From the IMG/VR virus record IMGVR_UViG_3300037504_000888, positions 39,265-103,264 of that record: a stretch of DNA of 64,000 nucleotides; one strand, given 5' to 3'. Both the position numbers and the translations under genes were made by a program. Source of the DNA: a virus. Numbering within the stretch: the stretch's first letter is position 1; each line of letters starts with the position of its first letter. Shown in pieces: positions 49,201 through 56,339 of this stretch. The notes below the pieces were generated by a model that did not search any database, was not told the origin of the DNA, and saw only the letters and a list, made by a program, of their open reading frames with translations.

Positions 49201-49915
49201 CATGAAAGGTGGGACTATCACGAAGGTCGAGAAGGACCCCACGGGCCTTCTCGTTCATGTCGGGGGGCGCAAGCACCTCATTCCCAAGGATCAGTTCGGC
49301 AACCCGTTGTGGGAGCCCCTGAAGGGCAAGGAGACGGCTGGGTGGAAGCCACCCAAGGTCGGTGACAAGGTGGCCCCAGGCCAAGTGTTGAGTGACCCCA
49401 GCCGTACCAACGTCAACGTGCGCGACCTCTACAAGGCCACCAACAGCATTGAGAAAGTGCAGAACCACATGGTGAATGAGCTGCACGGTATCTACGGCAA
49501 AGAAGGCGTGCGGCGCCAGCACGTCGAGCTCGCGGTGAAGAACATGTCGAATATCACACGGGTGGAAGACCCCGGAGACGACAGCGACGTGATCAAGGGC
49601 GACTTCGTGGCCACATCCAGCCTGCAGGGGAAAAACCGCGAGTTGGTGAAGAAGGGCAAGAAGCCCGTCATGCATAAGCCGGTGTTGAGAGGCATCGACG
49701 TGATGCCGCGCGAGGTGCAAGAAGACTGGATGGCGAAGATGAACCACAACCGCATCCGACAGACCGTCGCCGACGCAGCGACCTACGGACAGGCATCTGA
49801 GCTACATGGGACCAACCCCATCCCTGGTATGGCCTACGGTGCTGAGTTCGGCATGACTGAGAAGGACAAGCGCCTCAAGCCGCATCTCAAAGACGTGCCG
49901 GAGTGGGCTTACTGA
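43292..49915 (+). CDS. Single-chain multisubunit-type DNA-directed RNA polymerase (beta-beta' fusion)
   Basis: beta: TPEG..TG, GLNFEDG, GDKMTGRAGNKG, NPSGVPGRMNMGQ, GGQSMG; beta': KRDPSLH, FNADFDGD (core 47705-47725), GARRG, GYFTKRL, QALGERSTQLTLKAFH; GGAGG RBS. Confidence 0.95.
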   Translation: MAYTDPKEAFEDLKAATLEGLTANFPITGKKQTIELDGLEVKEDHLDPDDIETQHEAKVKGKSWAAPIYGNLVMRNTATGDVVDRKRVKLGDVPHMTKRHAYIVNGGEFQVDNQWRLKPGVYVRRTKGGVGRVESQFNVPNRSNFAVTYDQDKRTFKMKRGKSEAIPVYPLMKELGVDDDELEKTWGKEILEANKSARAKTNALEAFFKADKKRAPKDKDEARQYFHQVMRESELRKDSTELTMGKSFDHINGDLFKRATTKMIKVMNGDEQEDERDSLVFKDLRTAADHVKERLTSPNVQKAIKARTDRKIDQSDSIRQVIKGELFSAPLKQTFTSNALSRDADQVNPVEMLASSFQTTVMGAGGIQSDHTLSEEVKLISPSHLGFLDPVKTPEGGRTGVTLRLPMGVEKSKDGRPVIPVYNVKTGKMEQIDPLQFHKSRVVLPDQVKWEKGKPKPIGESVVMSQKGNEIEDGSFNDAQYVLTKPSQMFSMTTNLIPFLGNNSGNRATYAATQMEQAISLQGREKPLVQSGTGSRDIKTFEDFVGRNSAQVSDTDGEVIAVNKKHVSIKRPDGTVKKVGLYNNFPLNDQKSVLTSEPKVKVGQKVKKGDLVADNNFTEDGSLALGTNLVSGYVPFKGLNFEDGVVISESAAKKMSSVHMHKPSITVGKDLVTDVKNFYVNHPTTFTKDQKNLLGDDGVVKVGQKVMPGDPLVLASKPYESKGSLSLHKLRKSMSNQHMDQSLTWKSDYPGEVVGVHRNKKGELSVHVKTIEPMQIGDKMTGRAGNKGIVTAVLPDSEMPQLKKGLQTNVGAKDLVGKELQKDAVIGGKKYQAGTKIDNSLAQEMRQKDPNAAVVVKQNLEVALNPSGVPGRMNMGQVLETAAAKIAKKTGKPYVVENFRSHDDAITKVQKELKDHGLEDQEDLVDPVTGQSLGKALVGPQHLFKLNFQIDKKVSVRSGMHLEGAEPEGYDPSTLIPQGGGKTGGQSMGNLGMYSLLAHGAKSNIREMQTWKSEGPDPREKWDSQHIDVWKAMMTGEEPPPPKKTFAFQKFEDMMRASGINIERKGNKMQLVPLTDAQVLEMSSGEVKNSNAAVGWAKDKQGEPKPIKDGIFDPRLTGGHGGKKWSHMTLPEPMPNPVFEGAIQKVLGLTEKQYEAVVTGEKGIKDGKVVSANERGAKFGGGAIAGMLEKVDLDSELKRAEKELKEMKLPADLAHRDGTQAVDKTAKKVRMLRALKSADMSPKDAYTIKNLPVMPPMMRPVSFLPSGDMSEADINALYTRFGGIAKNMKDPDWRGLPTSKKKEDYSKLYDGMRTLMGVGPNWDNRGKQPKGLLLQMAGKNPKSGYFQDTLLSRRQDMTMRGTITPEPHMSIDEVGLPTAKAMDLFRPFVVEKLQTMGHASSPREALDILSKERKKKLPNKAVTKALDLVMDERPVMLKRDPSLHKHSVQAFRARRAPGKAIQIHPLVTGGFNADFDGDTMAAYVPVGKDAVKEAFDMMPSKNIYNEASGKVMYTPSLDSSLGLYKLSRVTGDSKKEFKTHADLLKAAQKGQVSMTDTATVGGKKTTAGRVMLASSVPEKMSNTMLHDLNLKLDKGGVNRVYTQLAKEHKDEFGDAAGKLMNLGYEASFGAVKVQNPSTKGTAFAVEKEGEDPKKHVQFLPMGGTHSFGLKDFSPDKSVRDPIIKTTQKKVEDIQKKTGLSKKEKDRQITELWFDATEKIEKKHEEKSKRSPNNLQLMKEAGVKPSPDQYRQLTLAPMLLTDSANRVLPKPVTKSYSEGLDVGSYWNQMSGARRGSVLKVQEVQDPGYFTKRLMNVNMGSQVSADDCQTGRGVAMNVGDQNIYDRELAQDMKVKGAVLPRGTTLTPDVVQTIKAADKNANILVRSPLKCQHDSGICQHCAGRSPDGDYYKKGTNVGVLATQALGERSTQLTLKAFHSGGIAKRDQGLVNDFKRVLELTEMPKDIPNQATVAMKGGTITKVEKDPTGLLVHVGGRKHLIPKDQFGNPLWEPLKGKETAGWKPPKVGDKVAPGQVLSDPSRTNVNVRDLYKATNSIEKVQNHMVNELHGIYGKEGVRRQHVELAVKNMSNITRVEDPGDDSDVIKGDFVATSSLQGKNRELVKKGKKPVMHKPVLRGIDVMPREVQEDWMAKMNHNRIRQTVADAATYGQASELHGTNPIPGMAYGAEFGMTEKDKRLKPHLKDVPEWAY

Positions 49916-49916
49916 T

Positions 49917-51170
49917 ATGGCACTGAAGGACGTCGACGACCAAGCCAAGAATCCGCTCGCGCGGACTGGCATGCGCACCTCGTGGACTCAACCCGAGGGC
50001 GGGATGCCAGCTTACATCCACGAGGCACGGGTCATCGACTTCAACCTGTCCAACTGGACCGTCGACGTGCGCACCCAGTTCGACCAGAAGTTCTTCCCCA
50101 ACGTGCAGGTGGCGAGCCCCTACCTTCATCCCAATCGGGGCGAGGGGCTCTACGTCATGCCCGAGGTCAACTCCAAGTGCCTCATCGCCATCCCCAGTGA
50201 TGGGCCGCCTCCGTTCGTGCTGGCGTTCATCATGCCCACCGAGAAGACGGACGACATTGACACCGAGGAGGTGCAGGGAAAGAGCGGGATGGGCAACTCC
50301 ACCTTCGCGGGGGGCCGCCCTCGAGCGAAACCAGGAGACATCTACTTGAAGGGGCGTGACGGGCAGTTCATCGTTCTGCACCGTGGGGGTGTGCTGCAAG
50401 TGGGGTCGACCGAGCTGGCGCAGCGCCTCTACATCCCGCTAGGAAACATCGTCACGGACATCAGCCAGAACTACGAGCACCACAACACGGGCGGCACCAT
50501 CAACTGGGGCATCAGCTCGAGCTCGACGGATGAGCAGCCGGAGACGGAGTACTTCCAGACCTTCAGGCTCTACGCCAACGATGAGTTCTCCGATGTGAAG
50601 GTCGCCATCGGCAGGGTGAATCAGCCGCAGCCTGAGCCTTCGGGGGACGACTACGAGCTCAGCCGCAATACCCAGTTCGGACTCGGTGAGAGCGGCCCCA
50701 TCTGCGTCGAGCTCGCCGTCACCCCGCAGGGCTACGAGACGGCCAGTGGCGCGCCGAAGACCAATGGCGCGGCCACGAACCTGAAGTTCCAGTTCGACAC
50801 CCTCGGAAATGGCTTCATGCGGGCCGAAGGGAACATGAACATTCGCATCAAGAAGAAACTACATCTGAAAGCGGATGACGATCTGACCGTCACCAGCGAC
50901 GGCATCCTCACACTCTCAGCACCGAAGTCGAAGATGCGCTTAGAGGCCAAAGACGGCATCGAGATCTTGTCGAAGGGTGGGTCCATTGCCTTGAACGGTG
51001 GCGGTACTCCGGTCGCTGCTGTAGGGTCAGCGGTGGATGTTCTCGTCACGCTGCCCATCCCCATCGCGACGCCGGCGGGTCCCGGTACCATCGTTCCTGG
51101 TCCCAATGCACGCCTTACCGGCATCATCGCCAATGGTTCATCGACCGTACAAGTGCCGAAGCCGGGGTGA
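49917..51170 (+). CDS. Baseplate spike (gpV/gp5-like OB fold) with PAAR-like C-terminus
   Basis: ARVID...TVDV...G.GLYVMPEVNSKCLI; short beta-helix-like repeats; GTPVAAVGS...IANGSSTV. Confidence 0.55.
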   Translation: MALKDVDDQAKNPLARTGMRTSWTQPEGGMPAYIHEARVIDFNLSNWTVDVRTQFDQKFFPNVQVASPYLHPNRGEGLYVMPEVNSKCLIAIPSDGPPPFVLAFIMPTEKTDDIDTEEVQGKSGMGNSTFAGGRPRAKPGDIYLKGRDGQFIVLHRGGVLQVGSTELAQRLYIPLGNIVTDISQNYEHHNTGGTINWGISSSSTDEQPETEYFQTFRLYANDEFSDVKVAIGRVNQPQPEPSGDDYELSRNTQFGLGESGPICVELAVTPQGYETASGAPKTNGAATNLKFQFDTLGNGFMRAEGNMNIRIKKKLHLKADDDLTVTSDGILTLSAPKSKMRLEAKDGIEILSKGGSIALNGGGTPVAAVGSAVDVLVTLPIPIATPAGPGTIVPGPNARLTGIIANGSSTVQVPKPG

Positions 51171-51173
51171 CGT

Positions 51174-51818
51174 GTGGCGCTGACCATCATAGAGTCTGGT
51201 GGGCTCGGTGAGTTCAATGTGGGACTGAACGCAGCCGTCGGGTTCTTGAACCCGCTGGGTGCGCAGATCGACGCGCTCATCTCCGCAGGGCTCGGCCCCT
51301 TCCAGGCGGACCTCAGTGCCCGCCTCAATGCGGCCTTGGCCGCGCAGGCTGGGCTGGCATTACAAGTGAGCGTCAACCCCATAGCCAGTCTTCAGGTCCT
51401 GCTCAGTGCCGTGGCGGGGCTGCAGGCGGCGCTACAAGCTGCGTTGTCCCTGAGCCTCGGCCTTGGGGTCAACACGCAGCTCAGCGCCCAGCTGAGCGTC
51501 GTGTCTGCTCTCAGCGGTACGTTGGCCGTTCAGCTGGGTGCGCTGAAGCTGGCGGTACAACTGGCGCTGCAGGTCAAAATCCCAGCTTTGCGACTGGCAG
51601 CCGAGCTCAATGCCTCACTCACGGCCAACCCGGTGTTCTTCATCGTCTACGAAGGAAACCTCGGTACCGTGGGGAGCGAGTTGCAGGCGGCTTACAATGC
51701 CGGTCTGGTAGACGGCAGCAACCAGATTCTTCCCACCAGCGACGTCTACGGAATCACACTGCTCAGTGACGTGAACATCGTCAAGGACGCGCTGAAAACC
51801 ATCTTCAAGAGCCCCTAG
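51174..51818 (+). CDS. Ala/Leu-rich helical virion protein
   Basis: Long hydrophobic heptad region; follows the spike gene. Confidence 0.5.
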   Translation: MALTIIESGGLGEFNVGLNAAVGFLNPLGAQIDALISAGLGPFQADLSARLNAALAAQAGLALQVSVNPIASLQVLLSAVAGLQAALQAALSLSLGLGVNTQLSAQLSVVSALSGTLAVQLGALKLAVQLALQVKIPALRLAAELNASLTANPVFFIVYEGNLGTVGSELQAAYNAGLVDGSNQILPTSDVYGITLLSDVNIVKDALKTIFKSP

Positions 51819-51858
51819 CTTTGGTTCTGAACGCCCTGGAGAGGATAATCAAACCGAC

Positions 51859-53955
51859 ATGACTCAGCCGCTGTTTCATACCCTGGACGAGTTCATCGAA
51901 AAGACGGCCGGCGAGGTCAACCTCCCGGACGACCCGAACCAGTGGGCACAGAGCATCCTGCAGGAGCTCTACAAGCAGGTTCCGTACATCACGGATTACC
52001 AGCCGCACGTCCAGATGCAACGGGTCGATGCCGAGCGAGGTTACGGCCTAGGTCACGTCGAGATTCAGAACCAGACCGAGGCGCCGATGAATACGGACCC
52101 GGAGATGCTCGAAGCGACGGGTGTCCGCACGGTCCGCATTCCGTTCGTCATCAAGGAGAAGAAGCTCTCCCCGTTCGACCTGCTGGTGAACGACATGGGC
52201 AAGATGCTGCCACTCACCGAGAACCGGTTGAGGCAGGCGCTCTTCCGGCCTCAGGCGTTCGACGTTACTTCGAGGACCCCAGGCGACCAGAGCATGATCG
52301 GACAGCTCTACCCGCCCTACCGCCAGAACTACGGCTTCGGTGGGGGCGGCATTTCCATGAACGCTAGTGGCGGTATGGGGATGGGCAAGGTGGGTTCCGC
52401 CCTCGAGAACTTCCTCGACCCCGACGCGAAGACCGCGTCCAAGGCTCCTCCACAGCCCTTGCCGAAGAAACGGGGCTTCACCAAGTCCGCTGGCAGCTTG
52501 TTGAGCAACATTCTTCCGACCATCACGAGCGCTGACCACCAGCGCTTCACCGACGAGCTGCAGAAGAGCGCCAGTTACCTGTATGCGAACGCCAGCCTGT
52601 CGTGCGACTCGTTCAACGACATCCTCGGCGCCATCGTGAATACCGAGCCCAGCATGGAGAAGGCTGGCAGTTGGAAAGCATGGCTGCCCACCAGTGTGGC
52701 ACAGGTGCGTAGAACCAGCGACGGCTACGCCGTGAAGACGGCCAGTCATCACATCTGGGACCCCGACGAGGAGATCGTAGACCGGGGCGAGGTGGTGCGC
52801 CGCTTCGGCGTGAAGGTAGCCATGGACGCCGACACCAGCGGGGCCGTGACGGTCTCTGACCAGGAGGGTGTGACCGGCGAGGAGAGCCTCAACGAGATCG
52901 CCCCCGTCACCAAGCCAGGGTTCTACAAAGTCAAAGAGACCACCGGCAAGGAGCACATCGGCTACGTCGTTCCGTCACTCATCGACCTTAGTGGTGAGCT
53001 CGTGCCCATCGCCTTGTTCACCAACGGCAGCGTCGTTGCCGTACAGGGAGAGATCTGGGGGGAGGACGTGGGTGAGGGTACTGAGCTGCCGAGCGGCCCT
53101 GTAGGCAACGACGGCGCGTTCTACCAGATGGGTGAGGATGGCATCGAGATGACGGTGCCCTTCAATTTTCAGGACTCCTACACTTTTGGTACGCAGCCCA
53201 AGGTATTCCGAGGCACGACCTTCGACGGACGACCGAGCGAGGTCAGCGTGCAGCCGAACCTGGCAGGGGTCACTCCGGTCGACAACGGTCGCGTTCTGGT
53301 GCCGGAGGACTGGAACTGGTTACCTCTCGACGGTGTTGACACGGTGGTTCTGGTGGGTGGCGAGGAGGCCGACAGCCTCGACCCGATGGACAAGGCATCG
53401 TGCGTGCACGTGCGCAGCGACGGAGACAGCTTCAGCTTCGAGGGCGTACCCTTGGCCAAACTCGGCGCTGCTCAGACCCAGTGGCTAGCGCTCGACGACG
53501 CTATGTTCCTGCTTGCCGGGCTCGGCGTGAACCAAGAGCACGGTGTGAAGAAGCTGGCTGAGGCCGCGGCCTTCAAGGCTCCGCAGAGCATCCGCATCGG
53601 GCGCGTCATCGAAGACGGCGCTACACACATCAAGGAGTCGATGGCCCGCGCTGCCGAGCTCGTGGAGGGCATGTCCGCGTTCAAGCAGCCCATTTTGCTC
53701 AAAGAGGCCACCACCTTCCCCGACCCCACCACAGTGGACACGGTCCTCAGCCTCGGGTTCATCAACCCAGAGAACGTCCTGAGCTTCGTCGGCTACTTGC
53801 CGGACCTCGAGGACGTCCAGACCAAGCTCTGTGAGCTGCTCTTCAGCGTCCGTATCGGTCTGAAGAACATCCCTCAATCGGCGCTCGAGCGTGCCATCCG
53901 TTCTCTCGAGGAGACCATCGAGGGCTTGAAGGTTCTTGGCTTCCAAGGCTCCTGA
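51859..53955 (+). CDS. Large head-module protein rich in K-x-A motifs
   Basis: About twelve KTA/KSA/KVA/KLA/KEA-type motifs; preceded by GATAAT -10-like element. Confidence 0.6.
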   Translation: MTQPLFHTLDEFIEKTAGEVNLPDDPNQWAQSILQELYKQVPYITDYQPHVQMQRVDAERGYGLGHVEIQNQTEAPMNTDPEMLEATGVRTVRIPFVIKEKKLSPFDLLVNDMGKMLPLTENRLRQALFRPQAFDVTSRTPGDQSMIGQLYPPYRQNYGFGGGGISMNASGGMGMGKVGSALENFLDPDAKTASKAPPQPLPKKRGFTKSAGSLLSNILPTITSADHQRFTDELQKSASYLYANASLSCDSFNDILGAIVNTEPSMEKAGSWKAWLPTSVAQVRRTSDGYAVKTASHHIWDPDEEIVDRGEVVRRFGVKVAMDADTSGAVTVSDQEGVTGEESLNEIAPVTKPGFYKVKETTGKEHIGYVVPSLIDLSGELVPIALFTNGSVVAVQGEIWGEDVGEGTELPSGPVGNDGAFYQMGEDGIEMTVPFNFQDSYTFGTQPKVFRGTTFDGRPSEVSVQPNLAGVTPVDNGRVLVPEDWNWLPLDGVDTVVLVGGEEADSLDPMDKASCVHVRSDGDSFSFEGVPLAKLGAAQTQWLALDDAMFLLAGLGVNQEHGVKKLAEAAAFKAPQSIRIGRVIEDGATHIKESMARAAELVEGMSAFKQPILLKEATTFPDPTTVDTVLSLGFINPENVLSFVGYLPDLEDVQTKLCELLFSVRIGLKNIPQSALERAIRSLEETIEGLKVLGFQGS

Positions 53956-54638
53956 TGTACCCCTCGTTTTTCGACGAGATGCACAAGATTGCGGACGCGG
54001 CTCAAGCTGCACCTGCGCCCAACCCGGTGTTGGACAAGATGAAGGCCAGGGCTGGCGAGATGGGTGTGCCCATTCGGACCTTCATGGACATGTTCACTGA
54101 CTTCGAGGACAACCTCACCGAAGAGGGTAAGAACCTCGATGAGAAAGGCCGACAGGAAGCAGCCACACAGATGGAGCGGGATCTTACGGCCTTCTACCAC
54201 CCCGACAAGCATTCGGTGTACCTGGGAGAGAACATAGACCCGGCCATCCTGGCCCATGAACTCGGCCATGCGGATCAGAAGGGGAGCCTCATCCAGAACA
54301 GGGTGGCTCGAGAACTTCATAATTCTAGCGCACCTGTTGGGGCTTTGACCGGAGTGGGGCTGGCGGCGCTCCGGGGTTCTGATATGTCGCACCCAGCGGT
54401 GAACGTGGCTGGTGCGGCGCTCCCTGTGGTGATGGGGGCACCCACGATGGCGAACGAAGCCATAGCGTCTTTCAAGGGCTACAAGATGCTTCAGGATGCG
54501 GGGGCTAGCGCGGATGAGCTCAAAGGTGCTCGAAAGCGGTTGCGCAAGGCTTTCGGCACCTACACAGTGGAGCCGCTTGCTGGAACGGTGCTGTCTACCG
54601 CCGGCGCGGTTGTCCCGAAGAGCCTCTTGCAGTCGTAG
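53955..54638 (+). CDS. HExxH zinc metallopeptidase with hydrophobic helices
   Basis: LAHELGHA...NEAIAS; N-terminal FFDEMHKIA. Confidence 0.65.
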   Translation: MYPSFFDEMHKIADAAQAAPAPNPVLDKMKARAGEMGVPIRTFMDMFTDFEDNLTEEGKNLDEKGRQEAATQMERDLTAFYHPDKHSVYLGENIDPAILAHELGHADQKGSLIQNRVARELHNSSAPVGALTGVGLAALRGSDMSHPAVNVAGAALPVVMGAPTMANEAIASFKGYKMLQDAGASADELKGARKRLRKAFGTYTVEPLAGTVLSTAGAVVPKSLLQS

Positions 54639-54684
54639 ATTCTGCAGTTCTTGACGTCGTGGCTGTAATCCGCCACCTTCTTCG

Positions 54685-55623
54685 GTGATGATTCGTCGCA
54701 GCCCTGCCGAGTACTACATCAAGTACTTGTTGCTTCATCCAGATGACTACGGGGACGGGGACATCGAGCGCACTCTGCGCGAGCACCACCTCGACTATCC
54801 CAGCGGGGATTATCTGGCTCGCCTACGAAGTCGGATGCGCCCCCCAAAGCCCTTCTACCCGATGAACGACCGGCATCAGCCGTCGTTCAAGTACTTGGTC
54901 ATCGAGAAGGTCCACACGCTCTTTCACCCCGACCGGCGGACCCATGCGGCTCTCGACATATTGAACACGCCGCGGGTCAAGGAGGTGGTCGAAGTAATGG
55001 CCATCGTCGGTGACCCACCAGCGCTGACCGTGACGCGGCTGCGTAAGATGGGGCTGGGAGAGTACAAGACGGCTGACATTCTGCGCTACCAGCACTTCTT
55101 CTGGAACGTGAGTCTCGTCGACGCTACGGAGCTTCGGGCGCTGATGACCAAGCGTGTCGACGACATGGCACTCGACGACCCGAACAATCCTGGGAGCGTC
55201 GTGGCCTACAAGGCGATGAAGCGAGCGCAGTACAATGACTCACGGTTTGATGCAGTCAACTCCCCGTGTAGTGCGCTCAGCGCCATGCGGTTGCAGATCC
55301 GCTTTGGCTACATGCCAGACCGCATCGACACCACGCGGTTGGCAGGGCTAGGTGCGCACGTGTGTGGGCTGGCCGCCGGCGAGGCGCCATTGGTGGGTGG
55401 ACCCAAAGCGGCGCAGAACGCCCGGGATTACGCCATCGCGGCGAAGAACCTGGCTGAGCTGCGCCAGATGCTGGGCGCACCTGACGAGTCCATACGCAAG
55501 GACCTTTATGCACTGGGCGTGCAGACTGCGAGTGCTGAGGACGTGCCTCACATCGACTCTTTGACTGAGGGTGACTACACTGATGGCTTCATCCTGACGG
55601 AGGGCGAGAATGTCGAGAAGTGA
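54685..55623 (+). CDS. Hypothetical protein (terminase small subunit candidate by position)
   Basis: Helical 312 aa upstream of terL; no diagnostic motif recognised. Confidence 0.4.
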   Translation: MMIRRSPAEYYIKYLLLHPDDYGDGDIERTLREHHLDYPSGDYLARLRSRMRPPKPFYPMNDRHQPSFKYLVIEKVHTLFHPDRRTHAALDILNTPRVKEVVEVMAIVGDPPALTVTRLRKMGLGEYKTADILRYQHFFWNVSLVDATELRALMTKRVDDMALDDPNNPGSVVAYKAMKRAQYNDSRFDAVNSPCSALSAMRLQIRFGYMPDRIDTTRLAGLGAHVCGLAAGEAPLVGGPKAAQNARDYAIAAKNLAELRQMLGAPDESIRKDLYALGVQTASAEDVPHIDSLTEGDYTDGFILTEGENVEK

Positions 55624-56083
55624 AGTGGGTGTGAGGGTGTCCGAGGTGGAGAGCGACAAATCGGCGGAGTTCGGAAGAGGTTTGGACAACGGTCTCGTCG
55701 AGTGGAGGCCGATGGAGTTCCAGCAGCAGACCTACAACAACTTCCACGTAGAGTACGCTTTCCTCGACGGCAACTTCGTAGTTCACTTCTACGTTCACCC
55801 AAACGCTCCGCAGGTCTTCCCAGAGGCGCTGCTCGAGAGTTGGTGGCAGGGCACATTCGCTCATGCGTTGAGTTCTGTAGCGCAGGAGTACTTCCGAGCT
55901 ACGTTGCCGCGCATCGTGGCGAAGTACACCCTGGAGACGGCAAGCTGGTGGTTCAAGGCGCAGGGGTACGGGGAGTTGCTCGATCCAATCGCTTTTCTTC
56001 ACGGTTTCTTCGAGCTTCTTGACGAAACTCTTCCGACCGTAGACGGGCGGCCTCCTGCTTGTGAAGCGGCCACGGCTTCATAG
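55610..56083 (+). CDS. Hypothetical protein
   Basis: GGAGG RBS; aromatic-rich 157 aa. Confidence 0.5.
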   Translation: MSRSEVGVRVSEVESDKSAEFGRGLDNGLVEWRPMEFQQQTYNNFHVEYAFLDGNFVVHFYVHPNAPQVFPEALLESWWQGTFAHALSSVAQEYFRATLPRIVAKYTLETASWWFKAQGYGELLDPIAFLHGFFELLDETLPTVDGRPPACEAATAS

Positions 56084-56339
56084 TGAAGACCAACTGCTTC
56101 TTCTTGTAGTGAAAGTCCACGGCTTTCCACCCACATCGTTTCAGGAACTGCCGAATGAACCCGTTGACGTACTTCGGTGTCCCCTTGGGCAGAGGCGCTC
56201 GCATCGACAGAAGGACCTGCACCTGATGCTCCGTGGGGTTGACGCCGTAACCCCCGGTGAAGTGGTCGCCGCCGGCGGACAACCAAGGCCACACCTGAGC
56301 CAGAGCCTCGCTGGGGTCTGCCGTTTCTTGGGGGTCCAT
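55953..56339 (-). CDS. Hypothetical protein
   Basis: Fills the gap before terL with plausible composition. Confidence 0.4.
   Translation of the reverse strand: MDPQETADPSEALAQVWPWLSAGGDHFTGGYGVNPTEHQVQVLLSMRAPLPKGTPKYVNGFIRQFLKRCGWKAVDFHYKKKQLVFTMKPWPLHKQEAARLRSEEFRQEARRNREEKRLDRATPRTPAP

Noticed and set aside
43292-49915. Cellular rpoBC locus (bacterial chromosome)
   Set aside because: No ribosomal-protein or nusG context, highly divergent motifs, flanked by spike, terminase and portal genes
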